The translations under genes were made by a program, and so were the position numbers. Positions 58,226 to 64,000 of a stretch of 64,000 nt of DNA are shown one piece after another; within the stretch, counting starts at the first letter, position 1, and every line of letters begins with the position of its first letter. Source of the DNA: an uncultured Acidobacteriaceae bacterium (GTDB taxonomy: Bacteria > Acidobacteriota > Terriglobia > Terriglobales > Acidobacteriaceae); the NCBI GenBank assembly GCA_963697045.1, contig CAVOMO010000001.1, positions 100,444 to 164,443 of the forward strand. Reading direction: 5' to 3'. The notes under the pieces are model-generated. The model searched no databases, was not told the origin of the DNA, and was given only the letters and a program-made list of their open reading frames with translations.

Positions 58226-59403
58226 ACGCTAGCCACCTCGGCGAGTTGGCCGGCAAACACTTCTTGCACGGCACGCACGCCTGCGCCCAGTTCGATGTGA
58301 TGAGACGGTGCAACTTTTAGCAGCACATGTTCCAATGCGCCGATGACGCCGATGGCGTCGAGATAGTCGTAGTAGCCCAGATGTGCGATGCGGAAGAGTT
58401 TGCCCTTCATCTCGCCCTGGCCGTTAGCGACAACCATCGCAAAGCGCTCGCGGAACTCTTTCACGATGGCGCTGGAATCCACGCCAGCCGGCGCCAGCAC
58501 TGCCGTAACGGCGGCCGCGGGACAGGTGGGTGCAAACAACTCCAGGCCGAGAGCCTTAACGCCGGCGCGGACCATGGCGGCCGAAGTTTCCGCATTGTGA
58601 ATGAGGGCTTCGCGGCCGTCGGCGAGATTGCCATTGCCGCAACGGCGAATATAGTCGAGCGCCGCAGCCAGTCCGCAGATCAGTGCGACGGCCGGGGTAA
58701 AGGCCGATTCGCCCTTTGCCGCCGACTTGCGTTCCTTGCGCAGGTCGAAGTAGAAGCGTGGTTGCTTGGCAGTCTCCATCCGTTGCCAGGCCCGCTCGCT
58801 CACACAGAGATAGGCGAGTCCGGGCGGGATCATAACAGCCTTCTGCGAGCCGCCAATGAGGATATCGATGCCCCAATCGTCCACCTCGAAATGTGTGGTG
58901 CCCAGGCCGGTGATGGCATCGACTACGAATAGCGTGTCGGTGCCCTTTAGCAGGGCTGCGATGGCCTTCACGTCGTGACGCGCGCCGGTCGAGGTTTCGG
59001 TGGCCTGCATATAAAGCACACCCGCTCCCTCAATCCTGGACTTGATTTCGCGCAGATCGAAAGTTTGGCCGTAAGGGACCTCGATGAGTTCGATCTTGCA
59101 ACCGAAGGCCTTGGCGAGATCGCGCCAGCGTTCGCCGAATTTTCCGGCGGTGAGCACGACAACCTTCTCGCCTGGAGAAGTCAGGTTGGAAACCGCGGCC
59201 TCCATGGCGCCGCTGCCAGAAGAAGCGAGAATGAGAACGTCATTCTTGGTGCCGATGAAGGTCTTCAGATCGGCCAGTGTACGGGTAAAGATTTCACGGA
59301 ATTCGGCCGTGCGGTGGTGCATGTCCGCGGCGGCAATGGCGTTTTGAGCGGCTGGAAGAAGGGGAGTTGGACCGGGCGTAAACAGACGTGTCTTACGAAG
59401 CAT
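58222..59403 (-). CDS. Class V aminotransferase (alanine-glyoxylate/serine-pyruvate family; probable phosphoserine aminotransferase role)
   Basis: 393-aa ORF with the PLP-lysine region GGSQKAVMIPPGL. It has a 4-nt overlap with serA. Confidence 0.8.
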   Translation of the reverse strand: MLRKTRLFTPGPTPLLPAAQNAIAAADMHHRTAEFREIFTRTLADLKTFIGTKNDVLILASSGSGAMEAAVSNLTSPGEKVVVLTAGKFGERWRDLAKAFGCKIELIEVPYGQTFDLREIKSRIEGAGVLYMQATETSTGARHDVKAIAALLKGTDTLFVVDAITGLGTTHFEVDDWGIDILIGGSQKAVMIPPGLAYLCVSERAWQRMETAKQPRFYFDLRKERKSAAKGESAFTPAVALICGLAAALDYIRRCGNGNLADGREALIHNAETSAAMVRAGVKALGLELFAPTCPAAAVTAVLAPAGVDSSAIVKEFRERFAMVVANGQGEMKGKLFRIAHLGYYDYLDAIGVIGALEHVLLKVAPSHHIELGAGVRAVQEVFAGQLAEVASV

Positions 59404-59554
59404 GGAAGTACCTCTAGAAATTGATTGCCGGAGCGGACGCGCACCGACAACTACAAATATAGGCTTTCGCGGCGGGGCAAGCTACCACACGTGGGTGGTG
59501 GCAGTGTGCTCCGAGTCACCAGCCAGTGTGACCCAGTCCACTATAATCATGTAC

Positions 59555-60007
59555 ATGAGTTTGACCCAGCAAGTGCAAAAAGACATGGTTGACGCCATGC
59601 GTAACAAGCAAGAACTACGGCTGTCAACTCTGCGCATGATGAAGGCGGCGTTACAGAACAAACGGATCGACAAGCGCGCCGATCTCGACGAGAAAGAAGA
59701 GCTGCAGGTCTTTACCACCATGATCAAGCAGCGTAAGGACTCGATCGAGCAGTTTGAGAAGGGCAATCGCCCCGAACTGGCGGCCAGGGAGGCCCAGGAA
59801 ATTGAAATCATTGAGGGCTACATGCCCAAGGCCGTCGGCGAAGAGGAGATCGTTGCCACCGTCCGCGCCACCATCGCCGAGATGGGGTCTCCCACAATGA
59901 AGGACATGGGTGCGGTGATGAAGAATGCCAAGGCCAAGTTCGGAGACGCCCGCGTGGATGGCAAGCTGCTGAGTGAGGAAGTGAAGAAGCAGCTTGCGGC
60001 AAAGTAA
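59555..60007 (+). CDS. GatB/YqeY domain-containing protein
   Basis: The ORF track starts at 59402. The ATG at 59555 gives MSLTQQVQKDMVDAMRNKQELRLSTLRMMKAALQNK..., which is the typical YqeY layout (~150 aa). Confidence 0.85.
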   Translation: MSLTQQVQKDMVDAMRNKQELRLSTLRMMKAALQNKRIDKRADLDEKEELQVFTTMIKQRKDSIEQFEKGNRPELAAREAQEIEIIEGYMPKAVGEEEIVATVRATIAEMGSPTMKDMGAVMKNAKAKFGDARVDGKLLSEEVKKQLAAK

Positions 60008-60073
60008 CCAGCACTTAGCATTCAGTCAATCCAAGCAGTTCGCGGGCCATCAAAGCCGTCGAAAACAACTTCA

Positions 60074-60112
60074 GATCCTTCGACTCGGACGGAAGTCCTG
60101 GCTCAGGATGAC
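60074..60112. repeat. Copy of the GATCCTTCGACTC...CAGGATGAC interspersed repeat
   Basis: The sequence gatccttcgactcggacggaagtcctggctcaggatgac lies upstream of folC. Confidence 0.55.
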
Positions 60113-60191
60113 AACTCACTGCCTGAACACTGAGTTCTGAGTGCTGAGTGCTGATAGCTTTCTTCGAATGTTGTAATCTGAAATTGCCCGC

Positions 60192-61550
60192 ATGACCTAC
60201 CAAAACACCGTGGAGCAGCTCTATGCGCTGGGACACGAGCTGGCCAGCACGCCGACGCACAAGTTCGACTTGGCATATGTGCGCGAGCTGCTGGAAGCGC
60301 TCGGCCATCCCGAGCGGCGTTTCGCCAGCGTGCTAATCGCGGGAACCAACGGCAAAGGCTCGACCGCCGCAATGCTGTCCTCGATGTTGCGCGTTGCCGG
60401 ATACAAGACAGCGCTCTACAGCTCGCCGCACCTGATTCGCATCAACGAACGCATTCGCGTCAACGGCGAGACCATCTCTGACGCAGAGTTCGGGGAAATG
60501 CACAATCGCGTCGAGCGCACCGCGCAGCAGTTGCTGCACACGGGTAGATTGCCCTGGCACCCCAGCTTCTTCGAGATGTTGACGGCGATGGCCTTCGAAT
60601 ATTTCGCCAGTGTCGGTGTCGAGATTGCGGTGCTCGAAGTGGGCATGGGCGGGCGGCTCGACGCGACCAGTGTCGTCGAACCTCTAATCTCGGTCATCGC
60701 CGACATCGCGCTCGATCATCAGAAATATCTGGGCGACACCATTGCCGATATCGCCCGCGAGAAAGCAGGTATTATTCGGCAGAATGGCGTTGTGGTCACG
60801 CTGCCGCAACATCCCCAGGCCAACGATGTGATCGGGCAGGCCATCCTGGAGAAAAACGCTCGCGGCGTGAGCGCCGTAAGGTACGTTCCGGCGGTGTCGC
60901 CTGGGGCTGAGACCTATCGTGAAGGGCGCCCCTTGGCCCGGCCTGGACGCAGCCGTTATCCGCTCGTTGTAATGGACGAAGAGATTGACGTGGACTCACC
61001 GCTGGCTGGACGTCATCAACTGCGCAATCTGGCATTGGCGATTGCGACTGCGGAAGAGTTGGCGCAGTTCGGCTTCAAAGTGACGCCGCAAGAAATGGAA
61101 CATGGAATTCGCCAGACCCACTGGCCTGGCCGTTTTCAGGTATTGCCACCCTCTGCCGCCACCCATCAACGCGAGATGGTGCTCGATGTGGCGCACAATC
61201 CGGCTGGGGCCTGGGCTTTGCGATCTGCTCTTTCAGAGAATTTTTCCGGACGCGACTTGACCATGGTCTTTGCCGCCATGCGCGACAAAGCACTCGAGGA
61301 GATGGCAGCGATATTGTTCCCAATTTCCGAGCAGGTCATCGTGACCAGAGTTGACAATCCACGCTCGGCCACCACTAGCGAACTGCTGCAGGCCGCGGCG
61401 CGTACCGGTACACCGCTTTTCTCGGAGGAGTCGGTGTCCGCTGCGCTCGCCCGTGCGCGCGAGGTCAGCAGACCGCAGGACCTGATCGTGGTTACGGGAT
61501 CAATCTTTCTGGTTGGCGAGGCGATGTCCGCGATGGGTATTCCGGCATGA
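60192..61550 (+). CDS. folC: Bifunctional folylpolyglutamate synthase / dihydrofolate synthase
   Basis: 452-aa Mur-ligase-family ORF with the P-loop AGTNGKGST. Confidence 0.9.
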   Translation: MTYQNTVEQLYALGHELASTPTHKFDLAYVRELLEALGHPERRFASVLIAGTNGKGSTAAMLSSMLRVAGYKTALYSSPHLIRINERIRVNGETISDAEFGEMHNRVERTAQQLLHTGRLPWHPSFFEMLTAMAFEYFASVGVEIAVLEVGMGGRLDATSVVEPLISVIADIALDHQKYLGDTIADIAREKAGIIRQNGVVVTLPQHPQANDVIGQAILEKNARGVSAVRYVPAVSPGAETYREGRPLARPGRSRYPLVVMDEEIDVDSPLAGRHQLRNLALAIATAEELAQFGFKVTPQEMEHGIRQTHWPGRFQVLPPSAATHQREMVLDVAHNPAGAWALRSALSENFSGRDLTMVFAAMRDKALEEMAAILFPISEQVIVTRVDNPRSATTSELLQAAARTGTPLFSEESVSAALARAREVSRPQDLIVVTGSIFLVGEAMSAMGIPA

Positions 61551-61554
61551 CGCG

Positions 61555-62418
61555 ATGACAGCGATGACGAGCCTTCAACCACAAGTCGAAAGCCGGGAAA
61601 CGGGCCGGGGCTCGGTGCTGAGCCGTCTGCGTTCGTACTTGTTTTTCACGCCAATGATCTATCTGTACACCGGAGTGATGGGAACGCTCTCACTGCTCTC
61701 ATCGCTGTCCGATCGCGAAGGGCGCACACAGCACTGGTTTGCGCACGCTTGGGCGCGCATGATCCTGAAAACGGCGATGGTTCGCGTACGCGTCGAGGGA
61801 CTGGACCACATTCACCCGGGGCAGACTGCCATCTATGCGGCCAATCATCTGTCGGCGCTGGATATTCCCGTGCTCTACGCCCGTCTGCCGGTGCAGTTTC
61901 GTATCATGGCGAAGAAGGAACTGTTTCGTTACCCGTTCTTGGGCTGGCATTTGAAACGCTCCGGACAGATTCCGATTGATGCGGGCGATGCCCGCGCTTC
62001 GCTGCGGAGCTTGACCCACGCCAGCGAATCCTTGCGCCACGGCACTCCGCTGGTAGTATTTCCCGAAGGCGGGCGCTCTGCCACCGGACAGCTTCAGGAA
62101 TTCATGGGTGGCGCGTCCTACGTTGCCATCCGGGCGCAAGCTCCGATTGTGCCGATCGCAATCGTGGGAACAGACGGAGTCTTGCCCATGAACAGCTTCC
62201 ACCTCTTGCCGGGTGAGGTGGAGATGATCATCGGAGAACCGATTCCTACCACCGGGCTGCGGGTGCGTGACATGGACAAGCTGACCATGCAGGTACGGGG
62301 AGCGATTGCCGAGATGTACTATTCGCGATCAAACGCCGCACCTTCGCCGCAAAATGGCGAAGCCGACGCCCAACCGGTGTTGGCACCCACAGATCTCCAG
62401 CGAAAAGAACCAACATGA
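61555..62418 (+). CDS. plsC: 1-acyl-sn-glycerol-3-phosphate acyltransferase family protein
   Basis: HxxxxD motif (ANHLSALD) and FPEGGRS motif are present. The ATG at 61555 is preferred to the TTG at 61513, which lies inside folC. Confidence 0.8.
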   Translation: MTAMTSLQPQVESRETGRGSVLSRLRSYLFFTPMIYLYTGVMGTLSLLSSLSDREGRTQHWFAHAWARMILKTAMVRVRVEGLDHIHPGQTAIYAANHLSALDIPVLYARLPVQFRIMAKKELFRYPFLGWHLKRSGQIPIDAGDARASLRSLTHASESLRHGTPLVVFPEGGRSATGQLQEFMGGASYVAIRAQAPIVPIAIVGTDGVLPMNSFHLLPGEVEMIIGEPIPTTGLRVRDMDKLTMQVRGAIAEMYYSRSNAAPSPQNGEADAQPVLAPTDLQRKEPT

Positions 62419-63197
62419 AACCGCGCATCGCCATTCCGACTCCCAACTCGACGCGGCGACTTTATGTGTTACGTGCGCTACCCAAATATGAGCGTGCGGT
62501 GCGCGCGGCTGGAGGAGAGCCAGTCATCATTGCTGCGACGGCTTCCAACGCGGGGATCGCGCAGGCCGTTAAGGGCTGCGACGGCGTGCTTCTGCCAGGA
62601 AGCCCTGCGGATGTTGATCCTGAGAAATATGGCGCACGGCGGCATCCCGAAACTGCCGATGACGATGCCTTTCGCGATAATGCCGATGAGTTGCTGCTGC
62701 AAGATGCCTACAACATGCGCAAGCCGGTGTTTGGAATTTGTTACGGGTTGCAATCGCTGAACGTGTGGCGAACCGGCACACTCGACCAGGAATTACCCGG
62801 GGTCATCAATCACAAGCCGGGGAGCCGTGTCGCCGAGGCGCACCGGGTGCAGCTTGATCCGGAGTCAAAACTGGCCGCCATCCTGCGCGAAGCCGGCGCT
62901 CTGCCCGCCGGCAACGAACTTGTCATGCCGGTGAATTCAAGCCATCATCAAGCGCTGGAAACGCCGGGCGATGGATTGCGACTGGTGGCGTGGTGCCCCG
63001 AGGACGGAGTGAAAGAGGCGGTCGAGGGTACGGCGGCCGATCAATTTGTATTGGCCGTGCAGTGGCACCCGGAGCGGACCTACGAGAGCGATGCAGGTTC
63101 GCGGGCCATCTTCCGCGCCTTTATTGAGGCTGCTGCCGAATGGCATAAGAAATTGGAGAACAAGCAGCAGGACTTCGAGTCGGTCAGAAAGAGTTGA
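62415..63197 (+). CDS. Class I glutamine amidotransferase / gamma-glutamyl-GABA hydrolase-like (peptidase C26)
   Basis: 260-aa ORF with the nucleophile motif GICYGLQ and a QWHPE histidine region. It has a 4-nt overlap with plsC. Confidence 0.8.
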   Translation: MKPRIAIPTPNSTRRLYVLRALPKYERAVRAAGGEPVIIAATASNAGIAQAVKGCDGVLLPGSPADVDPEKYGARRHPETADDDAFRDNADELLLQDAYNMRKPVFGICYGLQSLNVWRTGTLDQELPGVINHKPGSRVAEAHRVQLDPESKLAAILREAGALPAGNELVMPVNSSHHQALETPGDGLRLVAWCPEDGVKEAVEGTAADQFVLAVQWHPERTYESDAGSRAIFRAFIEAAAEWHKKLENKQQDFESVRKS

Positions 63198-63198
63198 C

Positions 63199-63447
63199 TC
63201 ACCACAGAGACACAGAGGGCACAGAGTTTAGGAAGTCTTTCACCACGGAGAACACGGAGGGCACGGAGAAAAAAGGAATCTCAAACACATAGAAACGAAG
63301 AAAAACCGGAAGTCAATTTTAGTAAATCAAAACCACAAACCTCTTTGACTTTGTACCTCTATGGTTGCAAATGTTCGATGTTCTGTGCTCTCCGTGTGCT
63401 CCAAGGTGAAGAATTGCTCGTCTCTGTGCCCTCTGTGTCTCTGTTGT
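63199..63447. repeat. Nested inverted-repeat element (CACAGAGACACAGAGGGCACAGAG arms) upstream of serS
   Basis: The outer arms 63200-63226 and 63422-63447 share a 23-nt perfect reverse-complement match. The inner arms 63241-63268 and 63383-63408 are imperfect. The ~115-nt core is AT-rich. Confidence 0.7.
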
Positions 63448-63491
63448 TAAACATTTCTTTCCGTGGCGAAAATCGAGTAACCTGATCTCTT

Positions 63492-64000
<509 letters not shown>

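Noticed and set aside
63198-63491. T-box leader or CRISPR-like array upstream of serS
   Set aside because: There is no T-box sequence (AGGGUGGNACCGCG-like) and no specifier-loop layout. The repeats are inverted, not direct, and there are only two pairs, so this is not a CRISPR array.

Overview
High-GC (~60%) bacterial chromosomal segment. It is dominated by housekeeping genes, and the gene content and repeat families are consistent with an Acidobacteriota (Terriglobia-like) genome. That taxon call is an inference, resting mainly on the CarboxypepD_reg-type TonB-dependent receptor and on the intergenic repeat types.

Gene content, in order:
- LPS inner-core/lipid A cluster on the minus strand (waaA-lpxK, hldA-hldC, GT9 heptosyltransferase).
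- gatB, then a translationally coupled ccdA/tlpA/dsbD-N trio, then glnS-ispF-ispD.
- A 1122-aa TonB-dependent receptor, divergent from a ~1127-aa secreted repeat protein that is broken by single-base indels.
- Methylmalonyl-CoA-mutase catalytic subunit, glgC and htpX.
- A ~600-bp low-GC islet with two small ORFs, each preceded by the same palindrome.
- A CHAD-HD protein, a B12-binding radical SAM enzyme, tRNA-Met(CAU), an OprB-like porin and mfd.
- A RelE/HigB-like toxin with an Xre antitoxin, then galU and purE/purD.
- An mntR-mntH-usp-outer-membrane-protein cluster, then acnA (frameshifted).
- An F-type ATP synthase operon (b', b, delta, alpha, gamma, beta, epsilon; no a or c genes here).
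- serA plus a class V aminotransferase, a YqeY-like gene, folC-plsC-amidotransferase, and the 5' part of serS (frameshifted).

No transposase, integrase, CRISPR array or rRNA was seen.

Observations most worth a second look:
1. The indel-interrupted secreted protein, whose N-terminal triplicated Cys-pair module and C-terminal region I cannot assign to any family.
2. A run of single-base insertions that also breaks acnA and serS. Sequence error is the more likely explanation.
3. The low-GC islet with twin TATCCCACA-N-TGTGG palindromes.
4. Unusual ATP synthase gamma and b subunits.
5. Several families of interspersed intergenic inverted repeats and hairpins.

All calls come from reading translations and motifs by eye; no database search was run.
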